A DNA stretch of 64,000 bases from Octopus vulgaris (lineage: Eukaryota). Made by a program: the position numbers and the translations under genes. Of this stretch, positions 1 to 11,709 are shown one piece after another. The notes beneath the pieces were generated by a model. It worked only from the letters and a program-made list of their open reading frames with translations, did not search any database and was not told the origin of the DNA. Position 1 is the stretch's first letter. The number at the start of each line of letters is the position of its first letter. The stretch covers positions 69,812,001-69,876,000 of the forward strand of contig OX597819.1 of assembly GCA_951406725.2 (NCBI GenBank). Direction: 5' to 3'.

Positions 1-1894
1 CTGACGAACCGAACGCATGATGTTAAAAGGTCTGGATAGATGACCATTTACGCGAACTACTGAGCGGATGCCGCTGTATAAGGCAGCGATCCAACCGCGG
101 AAAACTGGACCGAAACCAGCCGCTTTAAGGACAGCCTCCAAGTAGTGATGGTCTATCCTATCGAAGGCTTTTGATTGATCCAAATTGATCAGCACCCCAC
201 CCATGCCAGGATTCTTAACTACTTCTACCCGGCACGGCGCATGTTTGCGCCTTGTCGATTAGTTTCTTGATGACAAGCGCCAACTTCTCGGCTAACACCT
301 TGGCCAAAATTTTCAAATCTGCGTTGAGCAAAGTGATGGGCCTGAAATTATCTATGACGTCCCCCTTGTTTGGGTCTTTCTTAATCAGTGTCACTGCTCC
401 TCGCTTTACAAAAGCAGGAATACTCCCGTTGTGCTGCCAGTTGCAGGAGACAGCTGCCAAGACGCCTCCAAACAAGTCTGGCATATGAAAATAAAGTTCG
501 TAGGGCAGACCATCCAAGCCTGGTGACTTGTCTCTCGCGCAGCCTACCATCGCATCCTGTACGTCCGCAGCTGTGATAGGCCTTTCACAAGACTCCACCT
601 CTCTTGCTGAGAGTCGTGGCAAGGCATGCAGGTAGACACTAAAGTCCACTCTGCGTTCTGACCCACCACTTGTCCCAAACAGTTGGGTGAAGTGTTGTTG
701 AAAAGCCCCACACATCCTTTTAGGCTCGAGCAATTCGCGCCCCTGTTCATCTATAAGAGACTTGATGGTGGCTCTGTTGCCTCGTTGCGTCTCCACCACT
801 CGGGCCTCTTGGGCGGCTCCAACTCCTTCGTTCCTCAGAACACGCATCCTAGCTCTGACAACGCATCTCTCGTGTTTGGCGTTGAGGTGTTGGTCGAGGG
901 CCAATCTCGCCGCCAGCACGTTGGACGTGATGCCAGTTCTAAGTGCCTCTTCTAAAACCTTAACTAATTCTCCCTCTATTCTATTTCGGTCTAATGCTAG
1001 GGCTCTACTGTATCTGACTGATTCTGCTTTAATTGCTTTTTTTAGGGCATACCACCATCTGTTGTTGATGATGGTACCCGTCAAAGCTCTCTTAACTAAT
1101 GTGCTGATCCGGTCCCTGTAAAACTGTTGTGCTGTAAAAGACGCGTTCAGTTTCCAGTAACCAGGACCCTGCCTATGTGTCTTATCTAAGTCAAGTGTAC
1201 AAGTCACAAACTTGTGATCTGTGTAACTGACTATATGAAATTGTGGACAACCTACACTATTTTTATCTATTATCCTACATAATACTCTATCTAAGTATGA
1301 TCTGGACGACCCGATGCGGTTACTCCATGTCCACATTGGCACATTCGGGTGGTCCAGTCGGTACCTGTCAGACAGTTGAAAACGTCTGAGCAGGTCTTTG
1401 AGGCATTTGCATCTCCTTCTATTACTATCTCTGCCCACGTACTCTAGATGCGTGTCCAGGGTGGCATTCCAATCCCCCACTAAAAGTAAAGCACGAGACG
1501 TTCCCATGAAATACTCTAGACGTCGAAAGAAATCTGGTCGGCCTGTTAAGGACGGAGCATAAACTGCTATCAGTCGAAAATCACACTCATTGCTGCCATC
1601 GACATCCAAAACGACCAGCCTACCCTCCGGGTCTAGGAAATTTGCTCTTACTTTGAGATCCAGACTCTTCCGGATAAGCACCGCAGTGCCACCTCCGCCC
1701 ATTCTCGGTAGACACGAAGAAAAATAAATGTTGAAATGTGTACCGAAAATGTGCTGGAGTGCCCGCAAGCTGTGGAGTCTGGTCTCACTGATGGCTATGA
1801 TATTCAGATTTAGTGACTTGATGTCATTTAACAGGTAGCCTTGTTTCCAAGGCGACACAAAGCCACGTACATTTATACTGCCTATTCTGAGCAT
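1..1894 (-). pseudogene. LINE ORF2 (AP endonuclease plus reverse transcriptase), frameshifted near 215-225
   Basis: Starts MLRIGSINVRG. APE motifs: IAISET, VYAP, GDWNA, SYLDRV, YTDH, WKLN. RT motifs: KSPGLDGLP, NFRPITLLNADLKILAK. After VPGRSS* another frame resumes LINLDQSKAFDRIDH...VRVNG...RSVRQ, consistent with a small frameshifting deletion. Confidence 0.9.
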
Positions 1895-1959
1895 GTTCGG
1901 ATAAAATTGTGTTTTACACACGAAAAGAAAGTGCAAAAAAGGAAAGAGAGAGAAAAGTT

Positions 1960-4257
1960 TACTTGTTGTTCGAAAGTCCTTTGTTTTTCACCTCACGGTC
2001 TTCTTCTATGAGGCTTTTGTATAGTTTTTTTATGAATACTTTTGAAATCCCCCTACTGCATCAGGGTAAAGAGATTTCAGGGTGCTGTATGTGTTCTGTG
2101 TTACGTGTATTATTTTAATGTGTTGTGGTGGTGTTGTGCGTGGGTGGTTACTTGTTTTTATGTCGTTTTCAGTTATGTTGGTGTTTGACCTAATGTGTTC
2201 CATTAGGTCGTGGTTGTTTGTGTTTATGGCTGTCAACATTGTTGGGGGGTTTGATGATGGTGTGTTTGTGTTGATGTGTTTGTTTTCTGTGGATGTTTTT
2301 GTTTCGGGAGTGGTGTATCTTCCTGCTTTGTTTGTTATCTTTTCTTTTCTTTTCTTTTTCCCTTTTTCTTCTCCCCCCTGTGGCTATTTGCCAATCTTGT
2401 GTCTTCTTCGTCTAATGACAAATCAGAAGAATCAGAGCTTGGAAGAGGGAAAATATTGGGGTCTATTGTAGATTGTGTTGATTTTGTTGTTGGTGTTGGT
2501 TGGTGAGCGTTTGGTTGTGGTGTATGCGGTTTTGGAGGTGGGGTGTGGGTATTTTGTGTTTGAGTGATTGTAGGTATTGTTGTGTTGTTTGGGGTCTCAA
2601 TTTTGTGGGGATTTGGAGTAGTAATTGTTTCTTCATTTTCGCTGAGTGTCTTTTTGGCAGATGTCTTTGGTTTGAGAGTTGGTTTATTCTTGGTTGTTGT
2701 TGTTGGTGATGTTGCTTCTGTTCTTGGTGCAGTTGGTGTGGTTGTTTGGTTGGTGAGGTTTGTTTTTTGTTGGTTTTCTGTGATTAGTCCTGTTCGTGCA
2801 AAACGTGGTGTGGGTAGTAAACCTGGTTTATTTGTTTTTTCCGGCTGCTGTTGTTGTTGCTGTTGTTTTCTTGCGGCAGATTTGCAGTCTTTTTTTAGGT
2901 GTTGCTCACTGCCACATATGTAGCAACGTGGTCTTCTGCCATCGACGACCACATACAACTTGTGGTCTTCTGATACACATATCTGGGTGGGTATTTTTTA
3001 ATGTCTTCTTGATTTATATGTAGTAGAAATTCTACTTTTTTTCCCACCCAGTTTTTGTGCTCCGTGATCGTGGTTTCTAAAATAGTGAAATTTGTCATTT
3101 TTACACATAAGGCCTTTACTAGCCATAGATTATTAGCTATTTTTGGGACATTGTTTAAAGTGATCTTAGTCACTTTCTGTCCCCAATAGCTTGGTGTTAA
3201 TGTAAGTTCATCTGAATGAAGAGTTAGCGTTGAGAAACGTCTTGCTAACTCTTCAGTGTGGAAAACCACTTGTATGTGTGCGAACTTGTTCCACCAGGTC
3301 ACATAGTCTTTGTAGTTCCAGATGGATTTCAAGCATTTTTCTATTTTGCTTGTGTTAGCCTTCTCTGGGCTTTTTGTTTTCTTATTAATTATTTTATAAA
3401 TAATTGTTCTTTTTTTTCATCTTCTAATATTTCTTCTGGTATGTTTATTTTTACTACACCATCTATTTCTGTTATTGTAATGTTCGTGTCTTTTATTTGT
3501 TGAGCAGTAAAATATACTGTTGTCTTTTTTCTTTAATCGCCTCGGCGAAATTTGTTGTTGTTTTGTTATTGTTGTTGCTGGTGGTGATGTTGTTGCTGGC
3601 TGCAGTTGGTAAAATTGGTGTATTTGGTTTGATTGTGCAAGTAGGAAGGGGTGGAAAATTATTTTCATAATTTATCCCTGTATTCGAGCAGCTTTTGTCA
3701 ATTTGTTTGGTGGTCACAGTCTTTTGTTTATTCACTTCAGTTCTTGTTGTTGGAGTAAAACAGGTCTGAACGGAATTGTTGTTGTTGTTATTGTTGTTTT
3801 TGTTGTTGGTGGTGGTGTCAGTGGCAGAAGAGACAGCCGTGGCAGCAGATGTCGAAATGGTGGCGCAATTTTTATTTTTGTTGTCATTGTTATTGTTGTT
3901 GTTGTTGGTAGTTGAGGTAGTGGATGAGGTGGCGGCGGTGGTGGTGGTGGTGGTGAAGGCGGTGGTGGTAACAGTAGTAGTCTCTATGTTGTTCTTGCTA
4001 GTGGTGGTGTTGGTGACAGGGCTGTTACTACAAGTAGTTGTAGCGTTCATTGCAAAGTCATTGATGATTTTACTTTGCGCGCATAAATTCTTTTTTTCTC
4101 CTGCCGTTTCCAGTCTAGGAGAAAGCTGGTCGATAAAGGAACGCGACCATCGTTCAATACAATTTCTTGACATTTTGAAAATGTCGAGAAAGAAATTACA
4201 AAAATTAAATAGGGTTGAAACTGCCCCTAGGGGCGAATTCCTCCCTTGGAAAAGCAC
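1960..4257 (-). pseudogene. LINE ORF1 (gag-like, CCHC zinc knuckle), split by frameshifts
   Basis: CYICGSEQHLKKDC knuckle in ORF 2335..2958. Consecutive same-strand fragments 3493..4257, 3417..3668, 2895..3332 and 2030..2239 have Thr/Asn-rich linkers. Confidence 0.8.
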
Positions 4258-4303
4258 TCAAACGAAAGTTGGGTGCCTTCGGAGTCGAAGTGACAGCACG
4301 TCC

Positions 4304-4405
<102 letters not shown>

Positions 4406-4904
4406 GCATTGATGCCCATTTATGTGTTTAAAGATGTGTATATATGCCGCACGGTGATATGTGAATATGTACATATGTTAATTATTGGAAAGGAACTCAA
4501 ATGAAGCTTCGTTAAAATGTTTTCCAAATATTCAATGAACTACTAACGGATTGCATTATGGGATTGGAAGCCAATTATTTTTGCTCTGTCTTGGAAAAAC
4601 CCCGAACAGCAGCAAGTTTTAATGTAAAACATTCGCTTGCGTAATTCATTGCACCTATGGCAGGATATACAAACAGGAATATATACCTATAAATTACATT
4701 TGCCGTAATTTCATACGAGATATTCATATCCGCTAATCGGTTGTTCTCCACGATACCTCAATCCTGTTCACTGTTTTGTAAAATGGTATCATGGACGTCG
4801 TCTGTTGCACCGAATGGCAGACTCTATTTCAATGTTTCAAACCTATTGCAAACTTCGTCATTGGGCGTTGTACTGGAAGTCGATATTTACCTCTTATTTT
4901 TTAT

Positions 4905-5133
4905 CTTTTATTTGTTCAGTCATTAGATTGCCGTAATGCTGGAGCACCGCCTTGAATTATTTTTTTTTCTAGTAGAATTAATCGATCCCAGTATTTCTTT
5001 TTTTAAGCCTGGTCTTGTAATATAACAGACTCTGTTGCCGAACCCCTAAGTTACGGGGATGCAAATACACCAGCATCGGTTGTCAAGCGGTGGTAGGGGA
5101 ACAAACACAGACACACACTGAAACACACACACA

Positions 5134-5175
<42 letters not shown>
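4905..5175 (-). mobile_element. SINE family A, 3' half
   Basis: Matches the 3' half of the full copy at 45935-46354 (cagtcatt...atgctggagcaccgcc...gccgaac...agcatcggttgtcaagcg). Confidence 0.8.
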
Positions 5176-5177
5176 TA

Positions 5178-5746
5178 TATGTTATGACCTCCTTGGCTTT
5201 ACATCAGAAGCGCTTCTAACGCCATTATTGATCTTTCTGGTGAGCTGTTTTCTCACCTGTCTGATCTCAGAATTCGCAGGGTTCATCAGCTTGCACTTGG
5301 GGTTAGAGGCAAAGTTTTGTTTATGATCCTTGATCGTAATGAAAGCTTCTTTCTTCGCAAGTGTTTCTACCTTATCCTCTCTTCTTAGTTTAATTGCTAG
5401 ATCCTTAGCTTCGTAGTTAATGCTATCAGAGGCTTGTGGGGTTGTCCTCATGTACTTTCGTTAAGTAGTTCTGCATATGTATCGTTACTTTCAAGGATTA
5501 AAATTTCTCTTCTGCTATTGACGTAAATGTCCGGGTGCTGGGAGCAGAAAATTGGTTTTTTCTGAGCAAAGCATAAACTGCACTTCCTGCCGCTATTGAA
5601 GTACGCTTTACATTTCTCTAGAATCTTCCACTTTATGCTGTACTCAGTGGCGCTTTCTTTCAACGACCAGATGTGCTTGGACAGGCTTGTGGTGTTACGT
5701 CTCTACGGGATGTTAAAGGAGGGCTTGTGTTTGTTATAGCGGATTG

Positions 5747-5748
<2 letters not shown>
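5178..5748 (-). mobile_element. Penelope-like element fragment: GIY-YIG C-terminus fused to an RT N-terminal region
   Basis: RYNKHKPSF...LSKHIWSLKE..YSIKWKILEKCKAY..GRKCSLC..NSRREI is followed by YAELLNE..INYEAK..KKEAFITIKDHKQNF..NPKCKLMNPANSEI. Flanked by (TA)n and (CA)n. Confidence 0.75.
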
Positions 5749-5797
<49 letters not shown>

Positions 5798-5816
5798 CAT
5801 GCATACATACATACAT

Positions 5817-5847
<31 letters not shown>

Positions 5848-5872
5848 TACATACATACACACACACACACAT

Positions 5873-7685
5873 ACAATGATACCTCGCAGTACGAGTTTAA
5901 TGCGTTCCATGACCGAGCTTGTTTTGCGATTTACTTGCTTTACAAATAAATTATCCCCATTGAAATTAACTAAAATATCATTAATCCATTCTAGCCCCAC
6001 AAAACCGCCCAATAATAAATTTAAATGGGTTTTAAAACAGAAAATGTGTAGTTAGAATAAAATGGACAATTATAAAAAAAAAAAACGAGAATGAAAAAGA
6101 AAGATGTAAACTGATTTTATTAACTGAATTACCTTAAAGATGGGACGATTTGTGCGCGAGAAATATGATAGAGCGGTGAAGAGGAGGATAACTGCTTGGA
6201 AGGAGAATCTCCTTCCATTATGACTTCAGGAAGAACAATTTCTGGCTTTTCTCTCACTTCGCTTAATTTAGGCATTTTGGACACACTTGCTTCACCTTTC
6301 ACACTTGCAGGTCGTTTCGTTAGAAACACATCAAGAGAAGTCTGCTTTTAACTGCCTTTCTAAATGTTACAAAAATTCACCAGAGCAGAGTCATTAAATA
6401 AAGCAGCTGCATGGCCTGTGGCTACTTTTTTAGAATGATATTTTTCTACAAATTGAGAAACATGCTGCTACTTTGCCAACATTGTCTGTATGTCACTCGT
6501 AGAGATAGCATTCTCCTTTAAACTGTCAAGCTGCGGGGTACCAATCGCTTCCACTGCATCCAAATGCTGCCACTCCTGATGCTGCAGGAGTTAATTTGTC
6601 GTAGATCCTCTGAGTGTTCTTCGACGAAATCATTAATGTCAACATCATCAACCACGAGGCCTTTGAACTTGCCAAGAGATATTATCTACCCTACTGCAGG
6701 TGTCTCAAACTCAAACCCCTCGAAGTGTCTTTCGGATACACACTCAGGTCACAGTTGCCTTCACGCAGAATTCAATGTTCTCCTCGTTACACCCTGGCAG
6801 GCCATGTCGATGATTTTTCAAGCAGTTTACAATGTTGTAGTGTTCCTTCCAAAACTCACGAAGGGTTAGATTTCTATTTTCGGTGACTTCAAAGCATCGA
6901 CGAAACAGGCGTTTGGTGTACAACTTATTAAAATTAGAAATCACTTGTTGGACCATGGGCTACAAGGTAGGGGTGGTGTTGCGTGAAAGGTACATAACTT
7001 TTATAAATTTAAATTCGTCCAGAATATCGTCTTCCAGGTTAGGAGGGTGAGCAGGAACATTGTTGAGGACGAGGAGGGCCTTGATGGGGAGCACTGTTCA
7101 ACATAGGGTACTTTTTTTATTACTGATCTGAAGACAAGTTTGATCCACTCGGAGAAGAAGTGCCTGGTTACCCAGGTTTTAACATTTGCCCTCCACATGA
7201 CTTGCAATTTCTCCTTCAGGATTTTGTGCGACTTGAACGCTCGTGGGTTTTCGGTATGATAGACAAGGAGCGGTTTTATCTTCTCGTCTCCACAGATTAG
7301 CATAAAGGGTGAGAGTTGAACTTTTATACGCTCGTCGCCTAACATTTTCTTCTCTGCAGTTATATAGGTTCTTCTGGGCATATTTTTCAAAAGAAAAAGG
7401 CCAGTTTCATTACATTTGGATATCTGTTGTTCGATGTACTCCCATGCTGCGATGAGCTGACAGATTTCACGCACGAAAACTCGCTGCTTCTCCATACCTG
7501 ACGAAGCTATGAACACCAGTCCTCTTCTTGAAATTATCAAACAAGCCGCGACTGGCCTTAAATGTGTATGAAACTCGATCGTACTGCAGATTTCCGCTCC
7601 TAATTCAAGACACAAATTCTCACGAGCCTCGTCTCGTACAGCAAATTTCTCCTACAATGGTGCACTCGCACTGATGGGTACTTCT
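5873..7685 (-). mobile_element. Decayed pogo/Tigger-like DNA transposon
   Basis: Transposase remnants ETGLF..KMPRRTYIT, KPLLVYHTENPRAFK, WRANVKTWVT and MVQQVISNFNKLY. Tigger-like end ta|caatgatacctcgcagtacgagtttaatgcgttcc, with a degenerate counterpart near 7660-7685. Confidence 0.75.
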
Positions 7686-7690
7686 CCTTT

Positions 7691-7730
<40 letters not shown>

Positions 7731-8182
7731 GCTCACACGTGACCATCGTCCATCATTCTTTTCCTCACGTGATCATCTTTCTTTTCTTTCAGGGCTGTCC
7801 TAGAAGCAGGATGTATCCTATCTATTTCTCTCTCCTAGCTTTTCTCTCGTCAAAGGAAATAATTCTCCAGTGTTATCAATTTTACCCTCCATGTTTGTTT
7901 TCATTCGGTTTCCTTGTATGTCTCCACTGTCCTGTATTTATTCCTAACTTTGACCCTCCATAAATCAAAAATTTTATTTTGGTATTTGTGGGAGCAACTA
8001 CCTGCGAAGACTCACATGTCGTTCAATGCTCGAAATGAGGAGTAGACAGACAGCTGACAACTGATGAAGGGTTGTTGTTTAAGTTTCTTGTCCCGTTTTT
8101 CATTTGTTTCTCTCGTTGTTTGTATATTCAACTCATTTGCTTTCATATTCCATCTTTTTTACTGTTTGTGACGTCCTGCGCC

Positions 8183-8275
<93 letters not shown>

Positions 8276-8419
8276 TAATAATAAAATATTATATAATATA
8301 ATATAATATAATATAATATAATATAATAATAAAATATAATAGCCCCGATAGTTAAATTCGTTAAACCGCTCGTGTTTTTGACGCTCGTGTGGGTCTAATT
8401 AATTGTATTTAAGACAAAC

Positions 8420-8494
8420 CTCTGCTGATGATTTATAGATGTGTATGTAAGTAAAATTACATATTACATTAGTAATGAAACAATTTGTTCAGGG
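8420..8494 (+). ncRNA. Type I hammerhead ribozyme motif, copy 1
   Basis: Stem I CTCTG/CAGGG, core CTGATGA, long stem II (tatgtaa/ttacata), GAAA, palindromic stem III ACAA-T-TTGT. Predicted GUU cleavage after 8489. Confidence 0.75.
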
Positions 8495-8916
8495 TCAATC
8501 TATTTATTCGTTATATTTCACTTTCCTTCCGTTAAATGTGTGTTACTTCTAGTTGGAAACATCTTTTTCTGTGTCTATACTATCGGGGCTATTTTTAGCA
8601 CTAGAGTTATCCACATAGTGGTTAACTCGCTAATAATTTATGTATAAATTTGTATTTTTTCCGTACTTTCTTGTGCTAATCCACTCGGTGTTAAATTAAT
8701 GGTATTATTAAATTAATATCAATTTTTCACCCTCATTTATAAATTTATAAATTTAATTATGCGGCAGTAAATATTTTATTTGATGCAGCATACGTTTCCA
8801 AAGAGTCTTGGCATGCTTTTGGCGGGGAGTTTGAGGCGTAACTAAAAATGCAATTCGTTAAACCGCTCGTGTTTTTGACGCTCGTGTCGGTCTAATTAAT
8901 TGTATTTAAGACAAAC

Positions 8917-8991
8917 CTCTGCTGATGATTTATAGATGTGTATGTAAGTAAAATTACATATTACATTAGTAATGAAACAATTTGTTCAGGG
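8917..8991 (+). ncRNA. Type I hammerhead ribozyme motif, copy 2
   Basis: Identical to 8420-8494; predicted cleavage after 8986. Confidence 0.75.
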
Positions 8992-9232
8992 TCAATCTAT
9001 TTATTCGTTATATTTCACTTTCCTTCCGTTAAATGTGTGTTACTTCTAGTTGGAAACATCTTTTTCTGTGTCTATACTATCGGGGCTATTTTTAGCACTA
9101 GAGTTATCCACATAGTGATTAACTCTCTAATAATTTATGTATAAATTTGTATTTTCTCCGTAGTTTTTTGTGCTAAGCCACTCGGTGTTAAATTAATGGT
9201 ATTATTAAATTAATATCAATTTTTCACCCTCA

Positions 9233-9310
<78 letters not shown>

Positions 9311-9321
9311 TATACATATAT

Positions 9322-9383
<62 letters not shown>

Positions 9384-9389
<6 letters not shown>

Positions 9390-11042
9390 CACCACGAAGG
9401 ACTGCAGGCCCTTCGACACTTTCTTGACCTCCGCTCTAACCCTGTACCTGACACCTCCACACTCATTCGTCTGGCCGAACTTGTCCTTACTCTGAACTGC
9501 TTCTCGTTCGCGGGCGAGTTCTACCATCAGGTCTCGGGAGTGGCCATGGGAACGCGAATGGGCCCCAACTATGCGAACCTGTTCGTTGGCTATGTTGAGG
9601 CCCAAATATTCTCTAATTTCACTGGTCCCACTCCTGAACTATATGGTCGTTACATTGACGACATTATCGGTGCCACCTCACTCTCCCGCGAACATCTAGA
9701 TTCCTTCCTCTCTTTCGTCCAATCTTTCCATCCAGCCCTCCACTTCACTTCCACTATCTCCAACACCTCTGTCTCCTTCCTCGACATTTCGGTTAGCATT
9801 CTTCACTCCACTCTTACCACCTCCATTCACTACAAACACACAGACTCACACTCATACCTCAACTTCTCTTCCTCCCACCCAGAACACACCAAGCTTTCCA
9901 TCCCCTATTCCCAATTCCTCCGTCTACGTAGGCTCTGTAGTGACGACCATGACTTTGAGACTCAGTCTCAACGTATGGCTCACCACTTCACCCTACGTGG
10001 ATACCCCCTCACCACTATCCACACCGCCCTTGCTAGAGCACGGTCCGTGGACCGTGTATCTGCTCTCTCTCCCCGAACCCGCCCTGTAGTCTCCCGCCTC
10101 CCTTTTCCCCTCACTTACCACCCCACGACCCTACATCTCCAACGCACCATTCTTCGAGCTTTCCGTCATCTCCAGTCCGACCCGTCCACTTCACACCTCT
10201 TCCCTAACCGACCCCTCCCCTCTTTCAAACGAGCCCACAACCTTCGAGACCTTTTGGTCCATAGCTCCTTCCCTGACCCTACCTCCCAACCCGGCTCGTT
10301 CCCCTGCTCCCGCCCACGTTGCCGCACTTGCCCTTACCTCTCCAACACCACCCGCCTCTCTAGCACCCACCATCGACCCTATCCCATCATCCACTCCTTC
10401 ACCTGCACCTCCAGCAATATTATCTATTGCATCTCTTGCTCTCTCTGCAATTCCTTGTACATCGGACAAACGGGACGCCGCTTGGCTGACCGGTTCGCGG
10501 AACACCTTCGTGACATCCACCTTGCGAACGACACACCGGTCTCACGCCATTTCCGCTCCACCGGTCACTCCTTGCAACACCTATCTGTGTTCGGTTTGTC
10601 CTTACACAGAGGCCATCCGGATTCCCGTTTGCGCCGTGAACAGGAATTAATCTTCTCTCTTCGCTCTTATACGCCATTTGGTCTCAACTCTCCCCCCCTC
10701 CTCACCTCCCCTCCTCACCTATCCCCCCCGACCCCTACTTCTTCAGTCCTTCATCCTTTCACCCCTACTCCCCTTCCCTTCTTCCCTCTTTCTCCCTCCC
10801 TCCTTCCCTCTTCCCCTTCCCTCTGCTCCCTCACTCCCTCTCTCCCCTTCTCTCTCCCCCTCTCCCTCTTTCCTCCTTCCTCCCCCTCCTCCCCTTCCGT
10901 CTTCCCCTCCTCTCTCTCCCCCACCCTCTCCTCCCCCTCTTCTTCCCCTCCCCTTCTCTCCCCCTCTTCTCCCCCTCCCCCTCTTCTCCTCACTACACCA
11001 CACGACTTTACACATCACATCATATATGATGTGCCATACTAA
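9384..11042 (+). CDS. PLE reverse transcriptase-GIY-YIG endonuclease (5'-truncated, frame open)
   Basis: The frame is open from IPHHEGL at 9384. Motifs: [40 protein letters not shown], Cys linker [40 protein letters not shown]. Confidence 0.88.
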
Positions 11043-11370
11043 TACATACACCAACTAATACATACTAATACGTACTAATACATACTAATACATACTAATA
11101 CATACACCAACCCTATACATACACACGTCCAGACCCCGCATACGCACTTATACTCTCTCATACACACACACACACACTTATACATACTAATACGTACTAA
11201 TACATACTAATACATACTAATACATACACCAACCCCATACATACGCACGTCCAGACCAATCCTACGCACTAATACTCTCTCATACACACACACACACACA
11301 CACACCCTTATACATACTAATACATACACCAACCCCATACATACACACGTCCAGACCCCTCCTACGCACT
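11030..11370 (+). repeat. Internal repeats of the PLE 3' region (catactaata units and longer repeated blocks)
   Basis: Recurrent catactaata and acaccaacc...acgtccagacc...tacgcact blocks. Confidence 0.8.
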
Positions 11371-11553
11371 ATTAGCTGGTCCTTCAACCCTATTATCAAC
11401 CCTATTATCAACCCTATTATCTCCCCTTATTTCGCTCTCGCGTCTCATGTTTGATCTTTGACCTCTGGCCGAAATCAGATCGCCATGTTGATTCGTTAGC
11501 TACTGCACGCATTTTTTTCTCTCCTTCTTTCTGTGTTTTTTTCTCTCTGTGTA

Positions 11554-11591
11554 TCTTTCTGTTGAAGAGCGTAGGCTCGAAACGTTAAAGA
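11554..11591 (+). ncRNA. Minimal PLE-type hammerhead motif with variant core
   Basis: tcttt-CTGTTGA-A-GAGC(gtag)GCTC-GAAACGTT-aaaga. Stems I and II pair and stem III is the palindrome ACGT. The core has A6->U. Confidence 0.7.
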
Positions 11592-11709
11592 CTTGTTTTA
11601 TTTATATTTCCTGAGCGCCATACTAATACAATTGTTCGTTTGTTTTCCACCTGCCTTCGTCTTTTGTCTATTTTCATAAAGCTTCCCGTTATATATATAT
11701 ATATATATA

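Larger units (their letters stand above)
1..4303 (-). mobile_element. L1/Tx1-clade non-LTR retrotransposon: 5' UTR, ORF1 and the first part of ORF2; continues off the left edge
   Basis: A zinc-knuckle ORF1 is followed by an APE-endonuclease/RT ORF2 on the same strand. The 5' end abuts the (GATA)n tract at about 4304. Confidence 0.9.
8355..9234 (+). mobile_element. Partial tandem (about 1.8 units) of a 497-bp non-coding hammerhead-containing repeat; retrozyme or non-autonomous PLE-like
   Basis: 8355-8737 is repeated near-identically at 8852-9234 (offset 497), with one HHR motif per copy. Flanked by (ATATA)n and (TA)n. Confidence 0.8.
9384..11690 (+). mobile_element. 5'-truncated Penelope-like retroelement (Neptune-like) inserted in (TA)n
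   Basis: RT plus C-terminal GIY-YIG ORF, a repetitive 3' region and a minimal HHR, with (TA)n on both sides. Confidence 0.9.

Noticed and set aside
4210-4303. HDV-like ribozyme at the LINE 5' end (GCCCCTAGGGGC hairpin present)
   Set aside because: I could not build the P1-P4 nested pseudoknot by eye.
8441-9144. Twin 68-aa ORFs (8441..8647 and 8938..9144)
   Set aside because: They start at GTG, have no domain and are a by-product of the tandem duplication. The HHR explains the unit better.
11030-11420. CRISPR-like or telomeric array
   Set aside because: Irregular repeats without unique spacers, lying inside a PLE 3' region of a eukaryote; no (TTAGGG)n array.
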